A stretch of 63,915 nucleotides of DNA, filler included, from Thelocarpon superellum (taxonomy: Eukaryota), in the NCBI GenBank assembly GCA_026025795.1. It is 3 parts of 3 records of this genome, joined end to end, with 100 filler letters (N's around TTAATTAATTAA, not from the genome) between each part and the next. Parts side by side here need not be neighbours in the genome. Positions count along the whole stretch, not along the records: positions 23,921 to 47,650 come from JAPEUG010000280.1; 2 more parts are not named here. One strand, given 5' to 3'. Position numbers and translations under genes: made by a program. The notes below the pieces were generated by a model that worked only from the letters and a program-made list of their open reading frames with translations, made no database searches and was not told where the DNA came from. The number at the start of each line of letters is the position of its first letter. Position 1 is the first letter of the stretch. This document shows positions 25,127 through 39,050 of the stretch, in pieces.

Positions 25127-26041
25127 ATGAAGGCCTACTGGTACGACAACGAGCCTGTAAGTTGAGACCCCGCAACTACTTTACTACCCGCCCCCCACCC
25201 CCCCTGCTTAGTCTCCACGCCCATGCGAGATCTAACACGTCTTCTCCACAGGGCGACCAGCGCCACCCGCACGACTCAGGACGCGTCGTGTCACCGGACT
25301 ACCTGGCGCAGCTGGGCGTGCTCTACTCATCTCACGGCGCGCCCCCGCCTCCCGGCTCCGCGGCCATGCCTTCCGCCCCACCCAGCATCGACGAGCTAGC
25401 CTCATCACGGGGCTACGTGGCGCGGGACGTCATCACCGTGTCGCCCGCAGCCATGGGCGATGTATACGCCGAGAAGATCCGCATGTTCTTCAACGAGCAC
25501 CTGCATGAAGACGAGGAGATTCGCTACATCCTCGCCGGGCGTGGCTTCTTCGACGTGAGGAGTCCCGCGGATGAGTGGGTGAGGATTGCGGTCGAGACCG
25601 GGGATCTTCTCATTCTGCCCCCGGGCGTGTGGCATCGCTTTACTACTGATGCTGATAACGTGAGTTTTTTTCTTTCTTTCTTTCTTTCTTTCTTTCTTTC
25701 CTCGCTGCGCTCGAAGCACTTCCGGACGGGACGCATCAAATCCTCCAACCCTGTCTGCTCCCCACCCACATGCCTACACGGTTCCGAATCGTCCTCCGTA
25801 CTAACGAGAAGGGGTAAATGAGTATATACAAGCGATGCGGCTGTTCAAAGAAACGCCCAAATGGACGCCGTTGAACCGCGCGCCGGAGCTGGAGGACAGC
25901 GCGGTGCGGAAGGAGTATCTGGATCTTGTCGGTGCTCTGGCTCGTTCCGAATGCCAATCCAAGACGGGTTCGGAGACTGGCGCGGGCGCCGCAGATAGGG
26001 TGAAGGAAAGAGAAACGAGGCAGCACGTGCTGGTGTCGTGA
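25127..26041 (+). CDS. ADI1: Acireductone dioxygenase (methionine salvage); exons 25127-25156, 25252-25659, 25823-26041
   Basis: [18 protein letters not shown], metal-binding [29 protein letters not shown] and [19 protein letters not shown]. Confidence 0.93.
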
Positions 26042-26755
26042 CGCGGTCCTTGTCTTTTGACGTGATACGAGAGATGCTACCGAGATGATATGAAGAATCC
26101 AGCAAGGAAGATGTGGTGCGTCATATTCGAGTCTTCTTATCATCTAGAGACGTACGTAGTGTGACACAGAGCACCATAGGTAACGCAACGAAGTGCAACA
26201 GTGTGTGTGGTGTGAGATGTGGCGCATTATGGAGTATCTAAGTAGTGTATACAATGCGGCGCAGCGCGAAGCAGTGGAACGGAAGGAAACGACAGAGGGG
26301 GGAAGAGAGTATTCTAGGGTGGAAAACAAGATCAGGAGGTGAGGTCAGGGGATGAGACCAACGGGGAGATATGGTTACAAAGTATAAAGAAGAGAGACGA
26401 AGACTTGAACGAGGGCGAGGACCTTGTCAGTCGAAGATGATTGATGAAGCACCACCCTCTTCTATTCCCTCCCCGAGACCAGAGAGATGCCAGGCTGACG
26501 ACCTAGCTCAACTTCTTCCGCCTCGACTCAACCCGATCCGACCCGATTTGACAAGACGTTGGTATTTGCACTGTACTTCATTTCTTCTTCATGATGCAGT
26601 CGTCCGTCCGTCCGTTGGTTGTTCTGTCGCTCGTTCCTTCATCTCCATCTCCTTTCTCCTGCCCCTCCGTCGTCCGCACCCCAATCTCAGTATCGATACC
26701 TCGAATAAAAGTACGCCTAGAAATGAGAACCCCGCAGGCAATCCATCACCTCCCA

Positions 26756-26793
26756 AGCAAGGTAGCAAGGTAGCAAGGTAGCAAGGTAGCAAG
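26756..26793. repeat. Octamer microsatellite (GCAAGGTA)n just past the SMI1 stop
   Basis: About 4.5 copies read directly. Confidence 0.85.
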
Positions 26794-26807
26794 CCTGCCC
26801 TCTCACA

Positions 26808-28566
26808 TCACAGCTCCACCGTTCTCAGTCCGTCGCCGTCTCCTGCTCTTTCTCGCTCAATTACCGGCTTCGTCTGGGCCACCTGCTCCCCGTCTCCTCG
26901 AAGGTTCGTCTCGTTTGACGTTCCCTCGACGCCCTGCACTCCCTGCACCCCGAGTCCCTTGACCGTACCGGCATTGGCGTCGGCAAAGCCATGGTCAAAA
27001 ACCGGGCCCTTGGATTCATCCAGCGCCGACACGGGAGTCTGTACCTCCACCAGCTTCGGGGGCCGTACCGCCGCACCATTCGCCGTGTCATTCCCCGTCT
27101 TGATGTTGAGAGCAGTCGCGGCTTCCTCGTTGACCCGAGCGAGCGGACTCGACGCGACCGGTGCCGTGCTGAAGCGATGACTCGATCGGCCCCGGTCCGT
27201 GTCCGCGCTGGTGGGGCTGGTGATGGGGGAGCCGTGCGTCCCCGTGGGCGAGCCATTGCGGCCGCCGGTCGAAGCGTGCGTCCCAGCACCCGGCTGCACG
27301 TGCATGCCCGATGGAGGTCGTCGTCGTGCGTTTTTGCGCCCATACTTCTGATCCATGCGCCACCTCAAGATGTCCAGGTACCCCGGTTCAACCGTCGTCG
27401 TCTTGAATTCGCGAAGCTTCAACTCTTGCGTCTCTTCGTCCACAATCACCTTCTCGCTCGCCAGATCATCCGCCACCATGGCCAGGAAGGCGGACCATGA
27501 CCGCGCCACCACGTACTTGCAGTCGTAATCCCGGCCGAAGATGATCACTTGGCCCCACTTTCCCGCCGGTCCCGGAGCGAGGTCCACCGCCAGGTTGTTG
27601 CCCCCCCAGTCTCGAGCCAGAGGAATCCAGGCCGGGTGAGCGTACACCTTCTGCACTGCGTTGGCTGGCTGTGAGTCTTGCTTGGCGAGCAGATCCTGCC
27701 GCCAGAGCGGACTGGCCGATTGCGTCGGCGGAGGAGTCGACGACGAGCTAGCGCCAAAGGCTTTGCTCGGGGCTTGGGACGCTGGCCGACGATGGTCCGA
27801 GAGGTACTCGAGGTTGACCTTCCGCCACTGCTGCCATTCCTGCACAATCTCCTCACAGTCGAGCAACATATTACCAAAGATGATGCCGGTAGGCCTGCCA
27901 CCGCGTTCTTGCCCATCATGTACTTGAAGCGATTCGCGCACCTCCATGGGGAGGGAGCAATCGAGCATGTGTTCCAGCTCGTTCAGGTCATTGTTCGTCG
28001 CTCCCTCGGAGAGTTGATCGAACAGCTCCTCGTAGTTATCCTCGGCCCAGCGGTCGATCCGCTTCCACGAATGAGCGACGGGTGGCGGCGGCGGCAGACC
28101 TTCCTGGAAATTCTGCAGCTGGATCTCGCCCGTCGTCGAATGATCAAACGAGCTCGCCTCTGCCGATGGTTCCTTGTGATTTGCCGCCGAGTTCGATCTC
28201 ATGCCTGGAGAATAGGGAGAATTCGGACGCGGCGGACCCGTGGGCGACCCAGGGTAACCATTCGACAGGCCGAACGCCGAACGGCTCGCCGCATCATCGA
28301 TGTAGGGAGAGTTGAGTTCGGCGGATGAGGCGGCCCCGTGGGTCGCGACGGACGTCAAGGGGGCATGCCGGTTGGTGTTGAGCGGCATATGTTGCCCGGT
28401 CCGATAGGGAGAGTCGTGGGGAGCGTGGCGGTCGTAAGAGGTCATCGTGTGCCAGAAGGCCCGCCAGGTGGCCCCGAGTCTATCGACCGCCATCAGCACA
28501 TCGATCACGATCCATGAGCCGGGACAGCTCGCGGACGGCCTCGCCCAGAACTTACGAGGGAGCCAT
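26808..28566 (-). CDS. SMI1: Cell wall assembly regulator Smi1/Knr4; exons 28566-28556 and 28479-26808
   Basis: Spliced N-terminus MAPSLGATWRAFWHTMTSYDRHA; SMI1/KNR4 domain motifs HDGQERGGRPTG, WIPLARDWGGNNLAVDLAPG and WGQVIIFGRD. Confidence 0.93.
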
Positions 28567-29900
28567 GTCTGGCTGAGGAACTGTCGATGTCGCCAGACTC
28601 CTCAATCAAGTCCGCGGTAGATCGGGCAGCCCCAGGACAGAAGAGTGGTCGTGGGGGACCGATGGTGCAATTCCGTCCAGGAGACCAAGGTCAGGGGGGA
28701 TGAGGATGAAAAGTGAAATGATGGGAGGATGGAGATTGGGAAAGGGAGGAGGTGAGGTCGATGCGTTTAGTCGCTTCCGCCTTGGTTCGTCGCGTGTTGC
28801 TCGTGGCTCTGGGCTCTGGGCTCCAGAGGCAAAAAGGTAAACGGATGGCGGCCGCACGTCGCTGGGTCGCGCCAAACGCCCAGGTACGAGGGTACGAGGT
28901 ACCAGGACCGCTACTAACGTCGCCGGCTTGGCACCGTCACCCGCGCGCCCGTACGAGTACCAAGGTCGAAGTATCATACTACGGTAGTACCAGTCGCACT
29001 ACGAGTACAGAGTCGATGCATTACTCGCTGCACTGCGACGGAGATGACGGAGGAGAGACGGCATAAGCAACACCGGCCCTCATCTTGATCGCAGCCGCCA
29101 CCGCATGATCTAATTCGAGCTTGCCGTTGTGTTTCTGCATTGCCGTACTCCTCCCGATGAAGCAGGATTGATTGACCCCCATGCTAATCGTGGTAACCCA
29201 AACTGCCCACATGGTGTGGGCCGTCGCCTGCAGCACATTCCCCTTTTCCTCACGCACCGCGTCGGACCCTGATTGCTTGTGTTCATTGGTTGAGGGCTCA
29301 ACCACGCACGACCGGTGGTGAGACATCGCTACGGCGGCCAATATCGGTGGTGGTGCAAATATGTCGCGCTACCGAACCGCAGTCTCTGGACACCCAAAAG
29401 GCCGAATCATAGAAACGACGTAAGCTGAGAGCGAAGGCAATGATGCGGCCCGCATGTGTCGCTGTGGTCGGTATGCAACTCATACACGTGATGCCAGCCT
29501 TTTGGTCGGAGTTCGGACCTTCAGAACACTGCGTTCCACGATCAGAGCTCAGGGTACTGCGTCCCCTAACGGTACCGGCACCTGGCATATCGGCTGGATC
29601 CTTCTCACCGTAGCACCGTCCAGCTTTGTCCATCTCAACATTACCGTGCGGATCGTCCGGCAATCTGCGGTAACGGAGAAGCATCATGATGGCGGGAGCT
29701 CCGCTGGAGGAGGCATCATCCATACTTGGCGTGGAGTGCGTCTCAAGGGTGATTGTTGATATGTACGCTGGCATATCTATGGTATACACACATCTCACGC
29801 CCGCCTGTATATGCTTGGACACGGATGTTATCTGTATCGCCCGTTGCCATCAGGTTCATCAGACATCAGATTGTGGAAGGCGTACGCCGGACCGAAAATG

Positions 29901-31265
29901 CTAGTTCATGGCACGGATCACGTCCGAGTACGTCTCCTCATCAATGGTGAGAACCTCGGACGTGGGCGGTATCGAACGGTATTTGGTGGGCCGGTGATCC
30001 AGGTGAATCAACCGCGGCTTTTCCAACGGGCCCGCTTTGGGAGACAGCGGCTTCAATTCGACGTTGGGCGAGGCCACCAGCGTCCGGTCCGACGACTGCA
30101 TGCCCGTCACCGTAAGCGTCCGTTGGGTATCGATGCGGAGTCGCGGCAGTCTCGCCAGCCATCGTCGTCGATCCTTCGTGCCACAGTGGGGGCAGATGTG
30201 CCGCGCCTGTTTCGGCGGCTTCGTCAGGCTGACGGACACATGAGGCATGCAGTTTAAGCTGCCTTCGCAATCATGTTGCCGCGGTCGTGCCTCGGTGCCG
30301 AGGAAGAGAACGCGAAAGGTGGGCAGGCAGGACACGATGACGGCGATGGATGATTCCAGCACCGAAAAGACCGTCAACGCGATTGGATCCGCCCGCTCCA
30401 GGCTTTCGATCGAATGCGGCGTGAGCGTCGTCAAGGTCTCGACGGCTCGAATGATGGCAAAGACGATGACGATCGTCGCCAAGCAGAAGACTGTCGCCAA
30501 GCCCGCCTTCTGCCGCCCGTTGATCCGAAGATTCCACAAGATACGCAAGGGCAAGATCATGACTACAGCCGGTTAGCGGGCGGACACCACCTGGGCGGCT
30601 AATTGTCCATGCAGGGCCAAGACGTACTCATGAGATCAGATAAGATGTCAACGCACGTGCTGTACTGGATGCTGACCTTGGTTCGCTCGATGCTCTCCTG
30701 GCTAAGGCATGCGTCTGCAGCTCGTCAGCCATGGCGGCACGCGCAAGTCGGGCGGGACACGGCACATACTGATCTGAAAGTACTTATATGTCGGCCCACA
30801 CACGACCATGAAGGGCACGTAGACCGTCAAGCCACTGAGCAGGGTGAAGGTGAAGACGATCCACCACGCGACCATGTGGCTGCTGAGGCCCGTGAAGAAG
30901 CGGCGGTAGAAGAGGAGGAATCCAAATTTGACAGACCAGACCGTGCCCCAGAAGAGGAAGATGGTGATGAACTGGTACTGGATGTACTTCGGCACCTGGT
31001 ACTCCAGGAATTGCGCCGTCAACGGTGCGTCCCCCACCGTGACCGCGGTGACTTTGTAAAGGATATCCAGTTCGTCAGTGTAGAGGCCCGCGCTCACAAG
31101 CAGGAGTGCCCAGGCCAAGATATGGAAGCCGTCATCCCAGTAGAGGCGATGTAAGCGCACGCGCCGGACGTAGAGACGAAAGGCCGTCAGGATCGTCGCC
31201 ACAGCGAAACCCAGCCAGATGACCGTTAACATTCCCCTGGAAGAGATGTCCGAGTTTGTCGCCAT
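29901..31265 (-). CDS. PTH11-like (rhodopsin-family) integral membrane protein without CFEM domain; 3 exons
   Basis: AFRLYVR..LYWDDGFHILAW, WSVKFGFLLFYRRFF, DILSDLMIMILPLRILWNLRINGRQK and LESSIAVIVSCLPTFR. Intron 30769-30715 and a second intron at about 30627-30563. Confidence 0.85.
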
Positions 31266-34200
31266 GATGCCTGCCTCGTTCGCTCAATAGCGCGAACGTG
31301 TCGAGTCGGGGATGCAGCTTCGAGGAGATGGTTTGATATTATGAGTCCGCTGATTCGGCCGGGTTCTTGCGATACAGCGCCATGCTGACATCTACCAGCC
31401 CTCGGTTGATCAAGGGACCACGGCGACGGGTGTGGGCCTTATATCACCCTTGGTTGCCCCATGCAGAAACACGGCGGCACACAAGGTGTGGGAGGGGTTG
31501 ACCCGGGTAGTCCGAGGATCTGGGCATGTATCCTGTGCACGCACCACCAGCCATCGCGCAGGGCGGGCCAGGGCATGCTCGGGCACGAGGTCGCTGGTGC
31601 TTGATAGTCTCCCGAGGTCGACGTGGTGTGGGTGGGGGGCGGTGCCGAGCGGTAGGAGGCGGAGAGGGGCAAGGTTGGCCGGACCAAACGATGCAACGAT
31701 CTCGTAGCACGCGTTGTGATGGGTGCGGGGGCTGGGATCACTCTGCAGACGGCCCTCTCCGCCGCGTGCTGCAGGGCAACGGGATGGAGAACGTGATTTT
31801 GGCCTCCCAATGGGAGCCCTGCCAGCCAACCAAGTGGCTGTCGGTCTGCTCTTAGCTCCGGGATCGTCGTGGGCGTGAGTCCGTTCCAGGATTGGGCACC
31901 ACGGGCGGGAAGGGGAGAACGTTCTGGGACCCTGGGGTCGAGGGACAGCGGCCGTTCTGGTGACCCCGAAGCTCAGGGTGGGCTCATAGTGCTTATAGTG
32001 CTCATACTGCTCGTGCTATGGCTGCAGATCCGCTCCAATCGCAGCATCGCAGACATCTGTCCGGCCGCATCCCTGGGCCACCACCCCCAGTCTTCATCTT
32101 GCGCATGCTAGCATGGTGAAGGTACTGCTGAAACGCGACATGGCAGTGTCATGGCGGTGCCCAGCTGTCAGGCTGCCGACGCTTCTTCATCCACCGACAT
32201 GATGCTGTGCATCACGAGTGGCGATGCTCCAACCCGCCGCTTCCTCGCTTCTGGAGACTGCTACCAGTAGTAGTCTCCGGTACACCGAAGTCCCCGTGTC
32301 AACCCTCGAGTATTATGCGCGGCGTAATCTACGCCAGTCGTGAGGTGAGATGGAAGGAAGAAGTCTACCATAATGGCCCGCCTCATTCATGATTCAGCTG
32401 GCCGTTGAGGACATTTTGGAGGTCGGGGATGATCCCAGCAGCACAATTGGCCACTTGCGTTCTCGCTCGTTGTCGATTGCATACTTACTCAAGAATGCCA
32501 AGCGAGCTGGAGGGCCCTGTGGACCGAGCGGATGTGCCTCGCGATCGTGAAATAGCATCGATCGGTCACTTATTCCTCAAGTCGAGGGAGTAGTTGGGCG
32601 CGAATTGTACGTGCGGGTGGTTCGGCTGTCCACCGCCTCCATGAATGACGGCTGCTTCGTGATAGCCGGTCATGAGGAGAGCAAAGGGCAAGTCCGGTGC
32701 TGGTTGTAGCTGGCGTGCGGACATAATCAACTTAGGGGCCGAGAGCATCCCGTCTTTAGCCCATATCATACCTCTTGTAATATCGTACCTACGATCGACA
32801 ATTTTCCCAGGGGTGCCGCTCGGACTTCCTTATCCTCCCAACTGTAGGATACCCGTAGTACTGCCGTCGTATAGTAGTACGGGTCCTGGCCGTTGCATTT
32901 GTGCATGACTGATGGCGTTAGCCGTGGCTTCATAAAGGGAAAAAGGCACTACTGTGCGCAATCCTTGGAAGCTTCAGCCACCCGTAGTGTGCGTGGTACG
33001 TGTTGCAACACTCGCGCGGTCGGGTAGGGAGGCCAGCAGCGATTGGCCTGTTCATTGATTGTGTAGTAACCAGTCCCCGGCGCCTGAGCCGCTCCACTAC
33101 TTTGCTGAGTCACGTGGCGAGGCCGCTCAGCTACTGTGTTACTCCTAATCGTACGAACTACTCCTACGGGCGAGTCCCGCTGTCGTTCGGGATTCCTTGC
33201 TTGGCAGGCGGTCGGCGTGATCTTCGCGCGACCCAACGACATCGGGCACCATCCGGCGTTCTTCGTACCCCGCCCGCTCCCCGACCGCAGCGGGTCTGAA
33301 CCTTCTGCATTTTGTTCGGAGCAGGCTCGTTGGCAGATGAGATGAATCATTTCCAGATCCGGTTCACGTGGTCATGGCTGGACTAGGACGGCAATCCGTT
33401 AGCTTTGGTAGAAGATCCAGCAGGCGGCATATTTGGGACATGTAGAGTCCGGCCTCTCATCCTCAATCAGGGCACGTCCCACATGATGAACAGTTCATCA
33501 AGGGGACGGGCCAGGGATGGCTTGTGGAGGGGCGGGATCGCAGCCGGAACATCTCGGGCGAGACTTACCCTTTGTTACTCCGTGCACAGTTCACCATGCG
33601 AACTAACAGGTCCCCCGCGCCGCCCTCGTGCATGTGGTGCTTCTCGTATTCGTCCGAGTGATTCGTAGAAGCCTTGGTACCTGCAGACACGCCGGTCATT
33701 TTCCGGGCACAAGATCAAGAGCTTTGTTATTCCTCAGCCGCACATCGGACCAACACTTGCGATCGGGTTATCGCTGTGGAGACCCTAGCAGCCTGTTCAG
33801 TATTGGCATAAGTTGCGATTGATTGTGATCAGGAAGAGATCTGTTCACTCTGGCCTTGATAAGACCATAGCTTCCGCCCTTCGCTGCTTAACGATAAGGA
33901 GGGAAGTAAAGGTTGTTCTAGTAATCAATCCCCAGTTCTTCAGACGTACATTCCAGCAATCAACATATCAGTAACGAGTAGCCTGTAGCCTGCCTCGACT
34001 GCAATGCGACCGCGTATTTTTCCAGTCCCCCCCGTTCCAGAATCTCACAGTATCCGACTTGCAATGGTCATCTTTCCGAGAAAGCGCTCTTCGCCGCCAC
34101 CCGCAAGGCTGGCACCGGCAACCGGCGCCGTTGGATTGCACCGACCGCGCTTTGGACCAGGCGGCCATCCTCCAACCGCCTGGCCCGCACGCCGGTATCC

Positions 34201-35319
34201 GGCCGGCGTAACAATGGCGAAACTGGCGGCGAGTCATTACTTACGAGCCGCGCGACGGACTGCGCCAACCGAGTGGAGGCTGCAGCGGCTTCAGTGCACC
34301 CATGCTAAAGCCGTACTGCAACGTTCGGAGCCGCACCCAATCTTCAGCCTAGAAGCTTTACCACGCCGGCCGATGAGCTCATGTGGACACCTAAAGCAGG
34401 GGTTCTCGGCGTAAAGCCCGGCGAAGAGCCATTGCAGCCACGCCGTCTGGTCCCGACTGCGCGCCATCGCGGGCGACGGCGGTAGGCGGGTTTGGTTGTA
34501 GACTACTGCAGTACCAGGCCAAGCTATCTTGCCGATCGCACTTCGGGCGGAGACTTGACCCTTCACCGCCGCTTGGCGTAGATTAGAACCAGGAATTCAG
34601 AACGGCCGACGAACGGTTCATGCAGGAATTCGGTCGAGTGAGACTTGGGAGATCTTCGGAAACGGCGGCGCCCTTGGCAGTAGCCGCGTACTGCTGTGGA
34701 GACCACGTTTAGGAACGTAAGATGATGTAGCATGCTCCTTGCGGTAAGACCTTGTGAATCGGCTACTACAGATGATGAGATGTAGGGCAAGACGCCCACA
34801 AGCTGGGAAGAGAGGGGCGAGGGTCAGTCGGCGCCACTCGGGATAGGGCGGTTGTGGATGGGTGGGGCAGCGAGAGACCGGATCGTTGGCGTGGTCTGCC
34901 ACGGCTTCACGTAGCTTCGTCGCGTATATCGTGGAAGGGTTTGCGTTTTGCCCGTCTTGACGACTCGGTCCATCACACAGGTCGATTCAAGGCGAAATGG
35001 GATCGGCGTGTGCACGGCTACGATCGATGGCGCTGGGGCACCTCTCTTACTTGCCGCCAGCCATGATCTGCACCGGGAGACCAGGGTGACATCCAGGAAC
35101 CACGTGGGCGATCGCGGGAGGCAAATTCATCTCACACGGTGCAGTCATGGTCAGAGGAAAGGATTGAAAAGACGTTATCCTTAGGTGTAAGACGTCACTC
35201 AAATCGCGCCAAGGACACGAGAGTAGATCTTCGTCAGCCGTCTTCATTGGAATCCCCACCCTTCGCTGGGCGACAGACGGAACAAATCGAGGCCTGATCG
35301 CCGATAAATGACCCGTGCT

Positions 35320-36942
35320 CTATCGACTAGAAGAGTGGTGGCTCTGATGAGACGCTGCGCCGGGAGGGGGCCGAACTCCCAAGTTTAACATCCGCCGCAG
35401 ACTATCCTCGATGTTCTGGACGTCTCTTGGCGTCTGCAATGGTTCTCGACCCCCTGGACGGGACAGACTTTCACCGTGTTCCAGCAGATGTGCATCAAGA
35501 TTTCGGCGGGATATCTCGGTTGAGCTAAGTCGCGTATGGTTGAACGGTCGGGCTGTGGATGCTTTCACCCCATCTTGCATCTCAGAAGGAACCGCCGCAG
35601 CCTCTTCACGAAGTTGGGACGAGCGCGTCACCGGTCGTGGTGATCCGGTGCCCGCACCCGGCCGCACTCCTGGGACGTTGGTGACGCTGCCCAAGGAGGG
35701 ACCAGAGACAGGATGCTTCGCCGTCCGCGCAGGGTTTTCGGCGTTGGCCGAGGTGCCGTTCCCATGGGAAGCAGGGGACGGAGATTGAGAGGCTGCGAGA
35801 TCGGCCGATTTGTAAGCTGAGGCCGGGAAAGGGCTTGTTGCGGACAACGCCGTTTGCGATTGTGGACGCAGCAGAAGATCCTTCAACGCGCGAGTCTTCG
35901 CACGGCGTTCTGCCTCTTCTTTAAGATCCTCCAACTTTGAATGTGATGAAGCCGTCCCCGGTCGCACACCCTCCACGTGACCGCTCTTTTCCATCGCGGT
36001 ATCGGAGCTTCGGAGACGCTCAGGCGTCCCCATGGCCTCCATGTCAAGGGAAAATATCTCCCCACCGGAGGGTTCATTAACGGGGAGTCCGGAACGGCCG
36101 CGGAAGCGTGCGGGAGAAGGCGATGGTGATGGACTTGCATGAGGTGCAGGTGATCCTCTGTGTGGCGTTGGAAGTCCCGGCATGCCCCCGGCATTGCTTG
36201 ATGATCTCGCCTTCTCGTCCCGAGCGGCTTTGAAGAGCATCTCCAACGGTGAATCATCTCGGCCGGCCGGCTGGGCGAGGGATGAGATCGGTGCTCGGCT
36301 CGGAGAGGGTTGGCTACTATCCGACTGCTCGTCCAGCATGGTTTGGAAGCCCTTATGAGCTGGCGGATCGGGAACCGACTTGGAGAGGAAGCTTGGTATA
36401 GGGAGCGCCGACGGCGCCGGAGACGCGTGGAATGTGGGGCCTGCGTACGCCGTGTGGGTGGAGTTTGTCGCTCGCTTTGGTGGCGTCACGTTGTGGGGTT
36501 GAGTCAGCGCTCCTGCCGTCGCCCGTAGCTGTGACGAGTTGATCGCTCGTGCTGGAGACGACAGGTGTCGAGTATCTTGAGGACGGGACTTTGCTCCAGC
36601 TCGTCTCTTCTTTCCAGAACTCGGGGTTGTGTCTGACGCAATACCTTCGTTATCCGTCCCCATTTGATCGTGAGGGGCTCCACGATACTGCGCCGCCGAC
36701 CCATCGGAAAGTTCCAAGAGACGTTGGCCATCTGACCCCATATGAAATGGGAAGAGTTGTTCTGAGGCAGCCCGGCCCGGTTGGTGATGAGCGTTCTCTT
36801 GATAGTAGTTCAAGTGGTGGGGGTTTTGTTGCGGGTTGAATGGCACGGCCTGGCCGTTTGGAGCCCGTGCTGCTGAGCTTTTAGAAGGCCGGTGTTTTCC
36901 ACGACCGGCTTTCGGCGGTGGGGTTGCTGTAACGTCCGACAT
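35320..36942 (-). CDS. Disordered Pro/Ser-rich protein with PNRC/Edc1-type motif (putative decapping activator)
   Basis: About 540-aa intronless ORF containing YAGPTFHASPAPSALPIPSF. Confidence 0.75.
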   Translation of the reverse strand: MSDVTATPPPKAGRGKHRPSKSSAARAPNGQAVPFNPQQNPHHLNYYQENAHHQPGRAASEQLFPFHMGSDGQRLLELSDGSAAQYRGAPHDQMGTDNEGIASDTTPSSGKKRRAGAKSRPQDTRHLSSPARAINSSQLRATAGALTQPHNVTPPKRATNSTHTAYAGPTFHASPAPSALPIPSFLSKSVPDPPAHKGFQTMLDEQSDSSQPSPSRAPISSLAQPAGRDDSPLEMLFKAARDEKARSSSNAGGMPGLPTPHRGSPAPHASPSPSPSPARFRGRSGLPVNEPSGGEIFSLDMEAMGTPERLRSSDTAMEKSGHVEGVRPGTASSHSKLEDLKEEAERRAKTRALKDLLLRPQSQTALSATSPFPASAYKSADLAASQSPSPASHGNGTSANAENPARTAKHPVSGPSLGSVTNVPGVRPGAGTGSPRPVTRSSQLREEAAAVPSEMQDGVKASTARPFNHTRLSSTEISRRNLDAHLLEHGESLSRPGGREPLQTPRDVQNIEDSLRRMLNLGVRPPPGAASHQSHHSSSR

Positions 36943-37736
36943 GGTGTCTCGAGTTTGTTGGCTTGATAAATAGGCAGCCAAAGGAATCGATCTCGTCCTG
37001 ACGAAATGTGGCAGAGGCGCGAGACGGGGTCACGGCTCGGTCGCTGTGTGCAGTGTAAAAGCACAGATGACAGGTACAATCTCCGACAACGCTGGCGGTA
37101 GCTATGAGGCGGTGGTTCGCCTGAATGATCTTGACGATGTCGCGAAGTCAAGATGTTCTAGTTTCCGGCGTTGTCGAAGAGAATGCCGATATGGTGCGAG
37201 GGAGGAGGAGAAGAGCTGCGTGAATGTGAATGTGGTCATGTTTCGTGACCTGGGAGGTTTCAGGTAGCCCTAATATCTGATCCAGAGGCTTCAGCTGTCG
37301 GCGAGTGAACGATAGAGATGATGACATCGGAGGAACACATATGCCCTTACCAAACTTCGGACACAAGTCATTGTCTTGGGCTGCCTACAATCTCACTAAC
37401 CACGTGACAGCTTTTCTGGTGACCTAGTCTCCAACGCCAACGCTAAGCCTAGTTGCGGTTGCTTGAGTGCCGGCCAGTGCTACGGCTCTGCTACCGAGAT
37501 TCACGATACGAATGCACTGATGCGAGGAAGCAAGAACATCTTCGTTCGACCTAATACTGACTCATAAACTTACCAAGGACTACCCCTCGAAGTAACACGA
37601 TCGAGCTGATCAAGCTACACAAATTGAGCCGCGAGATCCAGTCGGCCATCGTGACACAAGCACTCGTGCATCGTTTCGGTCTTGGTTAGAATCCCTTCGG
37701 CAAGGCCAACGGGAGATGGACAACGATTCAGGAGCC

Positions 37737-38297
<561 letters not shown>

Positions 38298-38608
38298 TGA
38301 TGCGACATGGCTTGTTGAGCGACGTCAATTCGCCAGCATTCTTTAGCATTCGCCAGCTGTGTCCATGCGATACGGAGCCATGTTCGATGATGAAGGGGGC
38401 CAACGATGGATGTGGCGTTCTCGTGGATTTAGGCAGCGTCCTTGCATTCTCGGCGCATTGAATGGGACATCTCCCGATAACATGGATTCCTCTAGCCTCA
38501 AGAACTACCAAAGTAGCCCTGCCTAAGCGGTACAAACATTTGCATCTCGTAGTGCAGGAGAGATGCCCAGATATCCCAGCCAGAACGCCCCGTAGTGCCC
38601 TGTGTCCG

Positions 38609-39050
38609 TCATCCAATCACCTGGCCATCCACCACGACTCCAGCTTTTGCCGTGGCGCTGCTCCCACGAGGGATGTATCTCAAGGGATTTTGATTGAAGA
38701 AGGGCCACGGCGGGACCACGATGACAAAGGTGAGTCCGGTGCCCAGCAGGCCGGCGTAGAGGGAAAGGTAGACGTCTTGCAGCAAAAAGCCCACGAGGAA
38801 GGCAATGATCTATACAGCCAAAGGCGGCCATTAATACCCGTTCTGATAGGAGGAGTGCTTCGGTAGCAGCCACACGCACCCCAGTGGCGATCAATAGCGT
38901 GTTGGTGATGAGCTCCGCCAGACGCTGACCATGGAAATCCTACGGTGGTCAGTGGGTGGCTTCCGCAGACTGATACGCCGGGAGCTCGCGTAGACGTACG
39001 ATTTGACCCTCCAGCGTGGTTTGTATCTCCTCGAGGAATTGATCCGCCAT
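38609..39050 (-). CDS. SPC1: Microsomal signal peptidase 12 kDa subunit; 3 exons
   Basis: MADQFLEEIQTTLEGQI|DFHGQRLAE, two hydrophobic segments and VVPPWPFFNQNPL. Confidence 0.88.

Noticed and set aside
26808..28566. SMI1/KNR4 as a member of the chitin synthase cluster
   Set aside because: It is separated from CHS3/SKT5/PFA4 by an artificial contig linker, so there is no evidence of physical linkage.
31266..35319. Hidden gene or ncRNA in the 4-kb region upstream of the PTH11-like gene
   Set aside because: Only short non-coding-like ORFs; no tRNA, rRNA or snRNA signature recognised.
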